A stretch of 64,000 nt of DNA from an uncultured Rickettsiales bacterium (GCA_947167315.1 CAMVHP010000001.1:4021-68020); one strand, 5' to 3'. Counted from the stretch's first letter, positions 1 to 9,720 are shown. The notes: generated by a model not told the origin, from the sequence alone. Numbers and translations are program-made.

Positions 1-330
1 AAACTCTCTAGCGGAATATCGTTATTTGCCGGCGGTGGTCTCACTGTATATGGATATTACATCTATGAATTTGTTGGTGGTAATTTGGCTGTTGCTGTAG
101 AAAATGAAAGTATAGGTATTACAAAAGTAAAACCATACAGACTAGAACGTCGGTATTCTAATGAAGTTGTTGCTCCAACGCTGTCTGCCGGAATCTCATA
201 CAACTATGAAGATAAGTATGAAGCTGCTTTAATTTTTGATACAGCAAAACCCAAGGTACACGCCGGCAAGTTCGGAGATGTGCGTATCAAAAATATGAAC
301 ATAGAGCTTACTCTGAGAAGATACTTTTAG
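1..330 (+). CDS. 3' fragment of an outer-membrane beta-barrel protein (gene starts upstream of the window)
   Basis: Frame 1 is open from base 1 (KLSSGISLFAGGGLTVYGYY...). The sequence alternates in a beta-strand-like pattern and ends ...IELTLRRYF, with the terminal Phe typical of BAM-dependent OMPs. Confidence 0.5.
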   Translation, partial: KLSSGISLFAGGGLTVYGYYIYEFVGGNLAVAVENESIGITKVKPYRLERRYSNEVVAPTLSAGISYNYEDKYEAALIFDTAKPKVHAGKFGDVRIKNMNIELTLRRYF

Positions 331-335
331 CACTG

Positions 336-2870
336 TTAGATTACAAAGTTGACCATTTTATTTGGCACGACTATTACTTTTTTTACTTCCGCGTTGTCGA
401 TATACTTTTTTATGCTCTCGTTTTGTCTTGCTAGGTTTTCAGTGGTTATTTTATCCAGATCTTTATCAATCTCCATAGTAGCCCTAAGTTTGCCGTTAAC
501 GGACAGAGCCACAACAACCGTGTTATCTATGGTCAATTTTTCGTCGTATGTAGGCCAAGTTTGTTCTCTAATGCTAAACATTTCCATCAATTCACTACAA
601 AGATGTGGTGCTATTGGAGTAAATACTTTAATCACAGTGTGTAAAGCGAATAAATAGGATTTTTCCTCCTCTTCCGTCTTAATATTCAACTTTTCTAAAT
701 AATTTGTAAATTCTCTAATTTTAGCTATAACCTTGTTGAATTCGATGTTATTGTAGTTTTTTGTGGCTTCTTTAATTAATTTGTGTGTATTTTTGATTAT
801 ATCGTTATTATAGTTAATGTTACTAATATCTATTACTTTGTTTTTAAAGGAACCGCACAACCTGTAGAATCTATTTATATACTTCCAACAACCATCTATA
901 CCCTGCTCAGTCCATTCAAAATCCTTATCCGCTGGACTGTCTGACATCACGAACATTCTAGCGGCATCGGCACCATAGGCATCAACAATCTTCATGTTAT
1001 CCACAACATTATATTTTGATTTACTCATTTTTATGATACCTTCATAACTCAACTCTTCGTTTGTTTCTCTGTTGTAGTATTTACCATCTCTTTCCACAAC
1101 GTTTTGTGGATAACACCAATCTTTTGTTGTTTTTCCTCTGTAGGCCTTGTGACAGAGCATGCCCTGATTAAAAAGGTTTTTAACTGGCTCATCAATTTTA
1201 AAATAACCACAATCTCGCAGTGCTTTTGTAAAAAATCTACAGTAAATAAGATGCATTGTAGCATGTTCTATTCCACCTATGTATTGATCCACAGGAAATA
1301 TTTTTTCACATAATTCGCTATTAAATGGTTCATTTTTTGTAAGTTCAGGATATCTTAAAAAATACCAAGAGGAGTCAACAAATGTGTCCATTGTGTCCGT
1401 CTCTCTTATGGCATCACCACCACACTTTGGGCATTTTGTATATTTCCAAGTTGGATGATTTTCCAACGGATTACCTTTACCAGTAAACTCAACATCCTTT
1501 GGCAATGTAAGCGGTAAATCCTCATCTCTTAGGTGAACGGTTCCGCACTTTGGACAATAAACAATTGGTATAGGACAACCCCAATATCTTTGTCTAGAAA
1601 AACCCCAGTCTCTCAACCTATAATTTACTTTCTTCTCCCCTATTCCCAATTCTTCAATTTTTTTAATGGCAGTTTCCTTTGCTTCTGCCGTTTTTAAACC
1701 ATTTAAAAATTCAGAATTTATGGCTATTCCTTCATCTTCGAAAGCACAACCATTTAAATCAAAGTCCTTTCCGTCTGGCGAAACAACAACCTTTATCGGT
1801 AAATTATACTTTACAGCAAATTCATAATCTCTTTGATCGTGAGCAGGGCAGGCAAAAATAGCACCAGTTCCATAGTCCATAAGTATAAAGTTTGCTATAT
1901 AAACCGGTAATTTCCAATTTTTATCAAAGGGATGCTCCACATAAAGACCGGTAAAAAATCCTTTTTTTTCCATTGTGGCTATGGTTTCTTCATCTATGGA
2001 TGTTTTCTGGCATTCTTCTATAAATTTCTTCGCCTCAGCATTACTTTTTGCTAATTCTTCTGCTAACGGATGATTTGATGAAATACCAATAAAACTAGCA
2101 CCAAACAGAGTGTCGGGTCTTGTTGTATAAACCCGTATATTATCATTTCTATCAACGATCTTAAAATTAACCAATGCTCCACTGCTTTTTCCTATCCAGT
2201 TGGTCTGCATTAATTTCACCTTATCACTCCAGCCCTGAAGTTTGTCAGTTATATCATTTAGTAATTCTTCCGCATATTGACTTGTTTTGAAAAACCACTG
2301 TTTTAACTTTTTCTTTTCAACAACTGCTCCACTTCTCCAACCTCTACCATCTACAACTTGTTCGTTTGCTAAAACCGTTTGATCCACCGGATCCCAATTC
2401 ACAAAACTTTCCTTTTGATAACAAAGACCTTTTTTAAATAGCTCTATAAACAATTTTTGCTGTTTACCATAGTACTCTGGAAGACAGGTGGCTATAAATC
2501 TAGAAAAGTCGAATGACAATCCAAGCCTTTTCATGCTATTTTTGAAGTTATCTATGTTCTTTAGAGTCCATTCTTCTGGATTAATTCCCTTTTTTATGGC
2601 AGCGTTTTCTGCCGGAAGCCCAAATGCATCCGCTCCCATCGGATGAAGAACATTGTAACCTTCCATTCTTTTAAATCTAGCTATTATATCACCAATCACA
2701 AAATTTCTTAAATGACCAACATGCAACTCACCTGATGGATATGGAAACATTTGTAACACATAATAGGGCTTTTTATTGCTGTTTTTATCAAAATAGAAGC
2801 TGTTGTTTTCATCCCAATACTTCTGCCATTTTTTTTCAGCCAGTTTAAAATTGTAGTTTTCCATATTCAA
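336..2870 (-). CDS. leuS: Leucyl-tRNA synthetase
   Basis: 844 aa. Class I HIGH motif (HVGHLRNF) and KMSKS motif (KMSKSKYNVV). LeuRS-type length and CP1 editing region. Confidence 0.97.
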   Translation of the reverse strand: MNMENYNFKLAEKKWQKYWDENNSFYFDKNSNKKPYYVLQMFPYPSGELHVGHLRNFVIGDIIARFKRMEGYNVLHPMGADAFGLPAENAAIKKGINPEEWTLKNIDNFKNSMKRLGLSFDFSRFIATCLPEYYGKQQKLFIELFKKGLCYQKESFVNWDPVDQTVLANEQVVDGRGWRSGAVVEKKKLKQWFFKTSQYAEELLNDITDKLQGWSDKVKLMQTNWIGKSSGALVNFKIVDRNDNIRVYTTRPDTLFGASFIGISSNHPLAEELAKSNAEAKKFIEECQKTSIDEETIATMEKKGFFTGLYVEHPFDKNWKLPVYIANFILMDYGTGAIFACPAHDQRDYEFAVKYNLPIKVVVSPDGKDFDLNGCAFEDEGIAINSEFLNGLKTAEAKETAIKKIEELGIGEKKVNYRLRDWGFSRQRYWGCPIPIVYCPKCGTVHLRDEDLPLTLPKDVEFTGKGNPLENHPTWKYTKCPKCGGDAIRETDTMDTFVDSSWYFLRYPELTKNEPFNSELCEKIFPVDQYIGGIEHATMHLIYCRFFTKALRDCGYFKIDEPVKNLFNQGMLCHKAYRGKTTKDWCYPQNVVERDGKYYNRETNEELSYEGIIKMSKSKYNVVDNMKIVDAYGADAARMFVMSDSPADKDFEWTEQGIDGCWKYINRFYRLCGSFKNKVIDISNINYNNDIIKNTHKLIKEATKNYNNIEFNKVIAKIREFTNYLEKLNIKTEEEEKSYLFALHTVIKVFTPIAPHLCSELMEMFSIREQTWPTYDEKLTIDNTVVVALSVNGKLRATMEIDKDLDKITTENLARQNESIKKYIDNAEVKKVIVVPNKMVNFVI

Positions 2871-2954
2871 TAACAGTAGTTAATATTAACTCAACAGCAC
2901 CAGATTAACTTAAATAATAAATATTTCAACAACTTTATATAGTGATTTTGACAT

Positions 2955-2982
2955 TTGACATTTAAAAAAAGTATTCTATAAT
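2955..2982 (+). promoter_or_regulatory. Sigma70-like promoter upstream of rho (TTGACA-16 nt-TATAAT)
   Basis: TTGACA at 2955-2960, a 16-nt spacer, TATAAT at 2977-2982, about 88 nt upstream of the rho ATG. A second TTGACA lies at 2948-2953. Confidence 0.45.
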
Positions 2983-3069
2983 CCGGCTGTCTTTGATAAA
3001 AAGAATATAGTCTAATTAACAATCTTAATAAAACTATTGTAATTAATAAATAATACTTAAATACGATAT

Positions 3070-4764
3070 ATGATACAAACTGAGAATGATAATACTTTCA
3101 ACGAGACGGATAATAACTTTGTTGAAAATCAAAAGGAAAGTAAAAGTACAGCGAACATCAAAGTCAGCAGAAAACCCAGAAAAAGATTAACAATTTCAAA
3201 ATCAAAGGATGATGTTGATGTAGATAAAAAAACAGATACTAATATAATACAGAGACAGGATTTTAATACACTGGCGGTTGATAACAGTGATAAATTACCA
3301 TTAAAATCTGAGGAAGTTGGTAAAAATGTATTAGAAATAGAAAAAAATGAAGTAAACTTTATTCTAAAAAAAGATGAAGAAAGTGAAGGTAATGTTGATG
3401 TTGACACAAAAACAGATAATCAGGAAATTGTAGATTATCCACAACATTCAACAAAACATACACATGAGGAAAGAAAAATAATATATCCAAAAGAATCAAT
3501 AGAGTTAAACTTTTTGAAATCAAAAACTCCACAGGAATTAATAGCATACGCTGACGGTACAGTGGAAAATATAAATGATATGTATAAACAGGATATGATC
3601 TACGCTATACTGAAGCATTTTTCCGAAAAAAATCCCGAAAATACAATAATCGGTGAAGGTGTTCTAGAGGTTTTACCTGAAAACTTTGGTTTCTTAAGAT
3701 CATCAAACTCGAATTACATAGCCGGACCCGATGACATTTATGTTTCGCCCCTGCAGATTAAGAAATTTGGTTTAAGAACCGGTGACAACATAAGGGGACA
3801 GGTGAGAGCGCCAAGAAAAGGTGAAAAATATTTCGCTCTATTAAAACTCGATACCATAAATGGTTTAACTTTAGAAGAATCTAAACACAGGATAAGATTT
3901 GATGATTTAACGCCATTATATCCTGATGAAAAATTGAAAATTGAAAATACTGAAGCGTTCATAAATAACAAAGACGATAGTTCAAGAATACTTGATATAA
4001 TCGCTCCGATAGGTAAAGGACAAAGAGCTTTAATAGTTGCTCCTCCAAAAACCGGTAAAACTACATTTCTACAAAATATAGCTCACTCCATAACCGCCGC
4101 ACATCCGGAAGTGTACCTGATGGTGTTGCTGATAGATGAAAGACCTGAAGAGGTAACGGATATGGAAAGATCAATAAAAGGTGAAGTTGTTAGCTCCACC
4201 TTTGATGAACCAGCGTTTAGACATGTACAATTAGCTGAAATAGTTATAGAAAAGGCAAAAAGAATAGTTGAGACCGGTAAAGATGTTGTTATTCTATTGG
4301 ATTCCATAACAAGATTAGCCAGAGCCTATAACAATGTTGTTCCGTCTTCCGGAAAGGTTTTAACCGGTGGTGTTGATGCCAACTCTCTACAGAAACCAAA
4401 AAGATTTTTTGGTGCCGCCAGAAATATTGAAGAGGGTGGATCTTTAACCATAATTGCTACAGCACTTGTGGAGACCGGCTCAAAAATGGATGAGGTTATT
4501 TTTGAAGAGTTTAAGGGAACCGGAAACAGTGAAATAGTATTGGATAGAAAAGTTTCTGATAAGAGAATTTTCCCAGCAATAGATTTAATAAAATCAGGAA
4601 CCAGAAAAGAAGAGCTGTTGCTTGATAAAATAACCCTAAACAAAACTTGGATGCTGAGAAAAATCTTATCCTCAATGGATACCGTTGGAGCAATAGAGTT
4701 TTTGAAAGAAAAACTCGATGCCACCACAACCAACGAGGAATTTTTTAATACAATGAATTCATAA
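3070..4764 (+). CDS. rho: Transcription termination factor Rho with a ~145-aa N-terminal extension
   Basis: From residue ~145 the protein is colinear by eye with E. coli Rho ([50 protein letters not shown]). The first ~145 aa are N/D/K/E-rich and have no Rho counterpart. Confidence 0.95.
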   Translation: MIQTENDNTFNETDNNFVENQKESKSTANIKVSRKPRKRLTISKSKDDVDVDKKTDTNIIQRQDFNTLAVDNSDKLPLKSEEVGKNVLEIEKNEVNFILKKDEESEGNVDVDTKTDNQEIVDYPQHSTKHTHEERKIIYPKESIELNFLKSKTPQELIAYADGTVENINDMYKQDMIYAILKHFSEKNPENTIIGEGVLEVLPENFGFLRSSNSNYIAGPDDIYVSPLQIKKFGLRTGDNIRGQVRAPRKGEKYFALLKLDTINGLTLEESKHRIRFDDLTPLYPDEKLKIENTEAFINNKDDSSRILDIIAPIGKGQRALIVAPPKTGKTTFLQNIAHSITAAHPEVYLMVLLIDERPEEVTDMERSIKGEVVSSTFDEPAFRHVQLAEIVIEKAKRIVETGKDVVILLDSITRLARAYNNVVPSSGKVLTGGVDANSLQKPKRFFGAARNIEEGGSLTIIATALVETGSKMDEVIFEEFKGTGNSEIVLDRKVSDKRIFPAIDLIKSGTRKEELLLDKITLNKTWMLRKILSSMDTVGAIEFLKEKLDATTTNEEFFNTMNS

Positions 4765-4765
4765 T

Positions 4766-5431
4766 ATGATGGATACAACAATCAACATTGTAAAGGATTA
4801 CATAAGAAAACTGTTTTGCAACGAATCTACAGGACATGACTACTACCACGCCATAAGAGTTGAGAGTACAGCCAACAAAATATGCGACATCGAAGGTGGT
4901 AATAGACTGGTGGTTAGATTGGCGTCATTACTACATGATGTTATTGACGATAAGATTCAAGATAGTTTAAATAAAAAATATGAAAAGTTTGAAACATTTT
5001 TTGAAAAATTAGACATTTCCGATGTGGATAAAGAAAATATTTTATACATAATGAATAATATGTCCTTTTCGAAAATGTTAGAAAGTGGTAGTGGTGCTAA
5101 CAATATGTTAGAATTAGCCATAGTGTCCGATGCGGATAAAATAGACTCTGTCGGTGCCATAGGTATAGCTAGAACTTTTGCCTATGGTGGCAGAGTCGGA
5201 AATAAAATATATGATCCCGAAATAAAACCAGAGCTAAATTTAACAAGGGAAGAATACAAAAGAAAAGGGAGAATTACCACAACTCTTAATCATTTTGATG
5301 AAAAACTTTTACAAATCGACAAGTATATAATCACCGAAACTGGGAAAAAAATCATAAGACCTAGAATTGACTTTATAAAAATGTTTAAGAGGCAATTTAT
5401 TAACGAATGGAATTCAATTTTGGAGGAATAA
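4766..5431 (+). CDS. HD-domain metal-dependent phosphohydrolase (YedJ-like)
   Basis: H..HD signature (HDYYHAIRV...LLHDVIDDK) and SDADKIDSVGAIGIAR. It starts 1 nt after the rho stop. Confidence 0.7.
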   Translation: MMDTTINIVKDYIRKLFCNESTGHDYYHAIRVESTANKICDIEGGNRLVVRLASLLHDVIDDKIQDSLNKKYEKFETFFEKLDISDVDKENILYIMNNMSFSKMLESGSGANNMLELAIVSDADKIDSVGAIGIARTFAYGGRVGNKIYDPEIKPELNLTREEYKRKGRITTTLNHFDEKLLQIDKYIITETGKKIIRPRIDFIKMFKRQFINEWNSILEE

Positions 5432-6412
5432 ATGCTAGATCTAAAAACAATAAAAAGTAAATCATTAAAAAATGAGTTTTTAACCAGAGAGGAGTGCAAG
5501 GAGGTGTTGAACTGTCCTGACAGTAAAATTAATGAATTAATTGACACCGTTTATGAAATAAGAAAAAAATATAAGGGCAATTTGGTTGAAATACAAATTT
5601 TAACCAACGCCAAAAGCGGTAACTGTAGTCAGGATTGTAAATACTGTGCCCAGTCCTGTGTGTCAAAAGCTAACATAGAAAAATATCCATTAATAGAATA
5701 TGATAAGCTTTTGCAACACGGTAAAATTGGATTGGATAAAAAGGTTGCTAGACATTGTATAGGTTTAAGTGGAATTAAATTCACAGACAAACAAATTGAT
5801 GATTTTTGTGACTATGTAAAAAACCTTAAAAAAGAAGTCAACACCGATATCTGTTGTTCCATAGGTTTTTTAACCAGAGAACAGGCTAAAAAACTAAAGG
5901 AAGCCGGAGTTAATAGAATAAATCATAATCTAAATACCGGTAGAAATAACTACAGCAACATTTGTAGCACTCATACCTATGATGAAAGAATAAAAAACAT
6001 AAAAATGTTTCAGGATGTTGGTTTTGAAATGTGTTGCGGTGGAATAATAGGTTTAGGGGAAAACGATGATGACATTATAGACATGTTAATGGATGTAAAA
6101 AACATAAATCCAAAATCTGTTCCAATAAATTTTCTAATTCCCATAAAAGGTACACCCTTTGAAAAGCAAAATTTAGAAAAATTAACACCAGAATATTGTC
6201 TAAAAGTTTTGTGTTTAGCAAGATTATTAAATCCGCAGGCAGATGTCAGATGTGCCGCCGGCAGAGAGTTATATATAAAGGAAAAACAAAATTTAATGCT
6301 TAAAATAGTAAACTCAATATTTGCCTCCGGATATCTTACGGCCGATGGACAGGGTATAGATGACACAATTAAACTGGTGAAATCCGCCGGTTTTGAGTAT
6401 GTGGTAGAATAG
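5432..6412 (+). CDS. bioB: Biotin synthase (radical SAM)
   Basis: CSQDCKYC radical-SAM triad plus BioB-specific blocks (INHNLNT, CGGIIGLGE, SVPINFLIPIKGTPF, RCAAGRE). The BioB 2Fe-2S ligand positions are conserved in a by-eye alignment to E. coli BioB. Confidence 0.85.
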   Translation: MLDLKTIKSKSLKNEFLTREECKEVLNCPDSKINELIDTVYEIRKKYKGNLVEIQILTNAKSGNCSQDCKYCAQSCVSKANIEKYPLIEYDKLLQHGKIGLDKKVARHCIGLSGIKFTDKQIDDFCDYVKNLKKEVNTDICCSIGFLTREQAKKLKEAGVNRINHNLNTGRNNYSNICSTHTYDERIKNIKMFQDVGFEMCCGGIIGLGENDDDIIDMLMDVKNINPKSVPINFLIPIKGTPFEKQNLEKLTPEYCLKVLCLARLLNPQADVRCAAGRELYIKEKQNLMLKIVNSIFASGYLTADGQGIDDTIKLVKSAGFEYVVE

Positions 6413-6426
6413 ATTAATACCGTTAA

Positions 6427-6768
6427 CTATAGGTCAAAATTATTTATTTTAGCGTCTATGATCTGATGTTGTGCTAGCTTCTTTGATAACATTATTAAGC
6501 CATTGAAATCATTCTCATCAGTGACCTTGTTTTTTCTTTCAAAACCACATTTTTTACATCTGTGAAGTATTACAAAGTCTCCGTTTTTCTGTAGCACTGA
6601 CACCGGTTCCATAAGACCGCCACAACTACAATCTCTATCACCGGGATTATTATCCACATGTTTTGAATAGAAACACTTAGGGCAATGATTTGTAAAACCA
6701 TTTCCCTTAACTTCGTAGCCACAGTTTTCGCAGGTAAAATCTTCTACGGTTTTTGTAAACTTCTTCAT
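6427..6768 (-). CDS. RNHCP-domain zinc-ribbon protein
   Basis: CENCG...FTNHCPKCFYSKHVD...CSCGGLMEP...CKKCG matches the RNHCP domain pattern. It lies 1 nt downstream of cysS on the same strand. Confidence 0.6.
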   Translation of the reverse strand: MKKFTKTVEDFTCENCGYEVKGNGFTNHCPKCFYSKHVDNNPGDRDCSCGGLMEPVSVLQKNGDFVILHRCKKCGFERKNKVTDENDFNGLIMLSKKLAQHQIIDAKINNFDL

Positions 6769-6769
6769 T

Positions 6770-8107
6770 TTATTTTAAAATCTCCCATTCAACTTTATCC
6801 TTCATATCCTTTAAAATTATATTATGTTCCTTCAAATAATCTCGTATTTTATCGCTTTCTACCCAATTTTTTTGTTGTCTTGCCACATTTCTTTTTTCTA
6901 TCAAATCATTTATCTCAGCCTCAGAAAGATCAGTTTGCTTCATATTTTTGATATCAAATATATTTTGGTCAAACAAACCTAAGAAAACAAGTGAGTTTTT
7001 AAGTTTAATATATTCTTTATTTTTATTAAATTCGTTGAGTAATGCTAATGCCTGTGGTGTATTTATATCATTACATAAACAATTCAAAAGTTCTTCCGGT
7101 ACAAAATATTCGCCATCAACAACAATAGTATTTTTATGCAATTCTTTTAAATTTTTGTCCGCCTCCAAAATAAGATTTTCATTAAAATCCAATGGCTTTC
7201 TATAGTGATTTTTTAACATAGCGAAACGCAACACTGAACCACATATACCTCTATTTCTAATCTCCTCTATGGTGGTAAAATTTCCAAGAGATTTTGACAT
7301 TTTTTCGCCATTAACCATTAAAAAACCAGTGTGAAACCAATATCTAGCAAAATTACTACCCTCAAATGCACAGCGACTTTGTGCTATTTCATTTTCATGA
7401 TGTGGAAATTTTAAATCCACACCACCACAGTGTATATCGAAATTCTCACCCAAATATTTATTACTCATGGCGGAACATTCTATATGCCAACCGGGTCTAC
7501 CGACACTCCAAGGACTATTAAATTTACTGGATTCGTCGTCTATATCCAAACTTGGTTTCCATAACACAAAATCCAAATCATTTCTCTTGTAATTTTCTTT
7601 ATTTTTATCGGCATCCGCTCTCAATTCCTCAAGATTTCTGCCGGACAGTTTACCATATCCTTTGTAGCTATTGACATCAAACAGCACATGTCCATTTGAT
7701 ACGTATGCATGCCCATTTGCAATTAATTTTTCTATAACCTTTATAATCTCAGCTATATGCTCCGTTGCCTTTGGTTCATAGGTGGGTTTCATGTTATTTA
7801 TGTAAGACATATCAATGTTACAATACTCTATAACTTCCTTTGTCAACTGTTGTATTGTTATACCTCTTTCCGTTGCTCTTTTGTTGATTTTATCATCAAC
7901 ATCGGTTATATTTCTGACATATACAACATTTTTATATAGATGTTTTAGCACTCTGACCAATACATCCACAACTATTGTGGTTCTGGCATGTCCCAGATGT
8001 GCCTTATCATAAACAGTCAGACCGCAGGAATAAAGTTTAATATTATCAGCGTCCAGTGGTCTAAATTCTTCTATTTTCTTTGTTAATGAGTTATATAGTT
8101 TTAACAT
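6770..8107 (-). CDS. cysS: Cysteinyl-tRNA synthetase
   Basis: 445 aa. HIGH-type motif (HLGHARTT), KMSKS motif (EKMSKSLGNF), and the CysRS GWHIECS block. Confidence 0.95.
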   Translation of the reverse strand: MLKLYNSLTKKIEEFRPLDADNIKLYSCGLTVYDKAHLGHARTTIVVDVLVRVLKHLYKNVVYVRNITDVDDKINKRATERGITIQQLTKEVIEYCNIDMSYINNMKPTYEPKATEHIAEIIKVIEKLIANGHAYVSNGHVLFDVNSYKGYGKLSGRNLEELRADADKNKENYKRNDLDFVLWKPSLDIDDESSKFNSPWSVGRPGWHIECSAMSNKYLGENFDIHCGGVDLKFPHHENEIAQSRCAFEGSNFARYWFHTGFLMVNGEKMSKSLGNFTTIEEIRNRGICGSVLRFAMLKNHYRKPLDFNENLILEADKNLKELHKNTIVVDGEYFVPEELLNCLCNDINTPQALALLNEFNKNKEYIKLKNSLVFLGLFDQNIFDIKNMKQTDLSEAEINDLIEKRNVARQQKNWVESDKIRDYLKEHNIILKDMKDKVEWEILK

Positions 8108-8139
8108 AAATCAAATATGTTATTATTAAAACATGCCGT

Positions 8140-8439
8140 TCAGTAAATTTGAATTGCCGCCAATATTGCCCAAATTGTTTTTTTTTCTTCATCTATTTTA
8201 TCTTTACAGTTGTTATATGCCACCAATATCAAATCCTCTAACATATCTTTGTTATCCTTATCTAACATACCCTCCTTTATATCGATTTTAACCATTTTAT
8301 ATGTACCATTAAGTTGAACCTTTACACTGCCACCGCCAGCCTTTCCTTCAAAAATCGTATTTTTCATTTTCTCTTGACTTTCCTGTAGTTTTCTCTGCAT
8401 TGCCTGCGCCTGTTGCATTAGCTGTTGCATATTTATCAT
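8140..8439 (-). CDS. ybaB: YbaB/EbfC nucleoid-associated protein (C-terminus altered after an A9 tract)
   Basis: MQQAQAMQRKLQE...GGGSVKVQLNGTYKMVKIDI...MLEDLILVAYNN is the YbaB pattern. The last 13 aa follow a 9-nt homopolymer (8178-8186) and look atypical. See findings. Confidence 0.85.
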   Translation of the reverse strand: MINMQQLMQQAQAMQRKLQESQEKMKNTIFEGKAGGGSVKVQLNGTYKMVKIDIKEGMLDKDNKDMLEDLILVAYNNCKDKIDEEKKTIWAILAAIQIY

Positions 8440-8546
8440 TTTGCGAATTTAAAATTAATGTAGTAAAATCTTAAACTTTTGTTATTTAAAATCAATGTTT
8501 AGTTTACCTTTTTGTGGTGTTTGGTACGGAGGTGCTTATCTCACGT

Positions 8547-9410
8547 TTACGAATTTGATTTAATACACATTACTCCAAACGTTTTTCTCTTTGGAGAACA
8601 ATATTTTTCACAATCAGCCTCTTTTGCGATTTCAACTGGAATATCTATATCACAGTCAAAACATATCCCCGCCACATCCATCAAAGGTTTATATGATGGA
8701 CACCGCAATACACTTGGGCGATTTCCTCCCATTTGTGGTAAGATAATTCTGTTTGGGCAAACATCACAAACCGTATCATCCTCCAAACATTGAGTTATCA
8801 CTCTGACGACTTCAGGATAATCGCAGCTAAAACATTTTCCGCTCCATGAACGTAACGGTTTATCTTCAGGACATGATAAATAAGACGCAGTATAGTCTTT
8901 ATCATTATTCCATGGATAGGATATAGATACTCGATTAGGGCAAATCTTTGCATATTCTACAGATAAGTCAATCTCAAAAGGATAGTCACATGGAAAACAC
9001 CATTTTTTTGAACCAGATACGGATAATAGGGGTTTATTCGGTGGACATTTACCATCGTCTGCTTGCATGCCATATTGTTGAATAGCATTGTGTATTTCTT
9101 TAAACTCTCCATCATATACACGATTGTTTTCAATTTTTTCAGCTAAGCAATGTCCATATTTTTCATCTCTTATGGGATATTCTTGGGGACAATTTTTCAA
9201 TCCGCAATATATTTGTCCCCGCGGATAAAAAACCTTTCTGTTGGGGCAAAGAGCTTTACAGGTTTCTCCCGTGTTTATCTCAAAACTGTTTGTATCATTA
9301 CAATCTGTGCATTTTCCATTAATCACAAGCTCACAATTTTGATTTTCTTGCGCATTAACAAAATACGGAAGCAAAATGAGACTCATAATAAACATCAAAA
9401 TTTTATGCAT
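8547..9410 (-). CDS. Secreted cysteine-rich tandem-repeat protein, unknown function
   Basis: The N-terminal signal peptide (MHKILMFIMSLILLPYFVNA) is followed by about four ~55-aa repeats built on CP..KPL....G.CF.CD...C...CPNR. I count 24 Cys. Confidence 0.6.
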   Translation of the reverse strand: MHKILMFIMSLILLPYFVNAQENQNCELVINGKCTDCNDTNSFEINTGETCKALCPNRKVFYPRGQIYCGLKNCPQEYPIRDEKYGHCLAEKIENNRVYDGEFKEIHNAIQQYGMQADDGKCPPNKPLLSVSGSKKWCFPCDYPFEIDLSVEYAKICPNRVSISYPWNNDKDYTASYLSCPEDKPLRSWSGKCFSCDYPEVVRVITQCLEDDTVCDVCPNRIILPQMGGNRPSVLRCPSYKPLMDVAGICFDCDIDIPVEIAKEADCEKYCSPKRKTFGVMCIKSNS

Positions 9411-9443
9411 TTATTACCTCCCAATCGGCAATTAAAATTATTT

Positions 9444-9644
9444 TTAAATTAAGTAATTTATAATTGCTGGAGTTAACCCCTCTATACTCCATCCTTCTTT
9501 TAAAAACGTTGGGAACTCTTCCTCGTAATCCCTCATCACTTGCCAAGCATATTTTTCTGAAACCACTTTTTTCAAGTTCTCTTCTACTTTCTTTTTATAT
9601 TCTTCTAAAGTCATCTTCTGCACTTCTTTTGTTTCTGTGGTCAT
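9444..9644 (-). CDS. Small acidic hypothetical protein (66 aa)
   Basis: The ORF has AAGGGA 9 nt upstream of the ATG and sits between the lolD-like gene and the Cys-rich gene on the same strand. I recognise no family. Confidence 0.4.
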   Translation of the reverse strand: MTTETKEVQKMTLEEYKKKVEENLKKVVSEKYAWQVMRDYEEEFPTFLKEGWSIEGLTPAIINYLI

Positions 9645-9720
9645 TTTGTTTTTCCCTTTTGTTTGTTAACTTTCTCATTTTTGTAATCAAGTCTAAAAGA
9701 ACTAGAAACAATTCAAATAT

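Noticed and set aside
5432-6412. The BioB-like radical SAM gene as a third hydrogenase maturase (HydG), a second HydE, or a viperin-like enzyme
   Set aside because: The length (326 aa), the BioB-specific blocks (INHNLNT, CGGIIGLGE, SVPINFLIPIKGTPF, RCAAGRE) and the conserved 2Fe-2S ligand positions fit BioB. HydG is about 150 aa longer and has a C-terminal CxxCx22C domain that is absent here.
8512-8793. 93-aa plus-strand ORF overlapping the 3' end of the Cys-rich gene
   Set aside because: It is antisense to a gene with a clear signal peptide and repeat structure. It has a non-ATG (GTG) start, no RBS, and no recognisable features.
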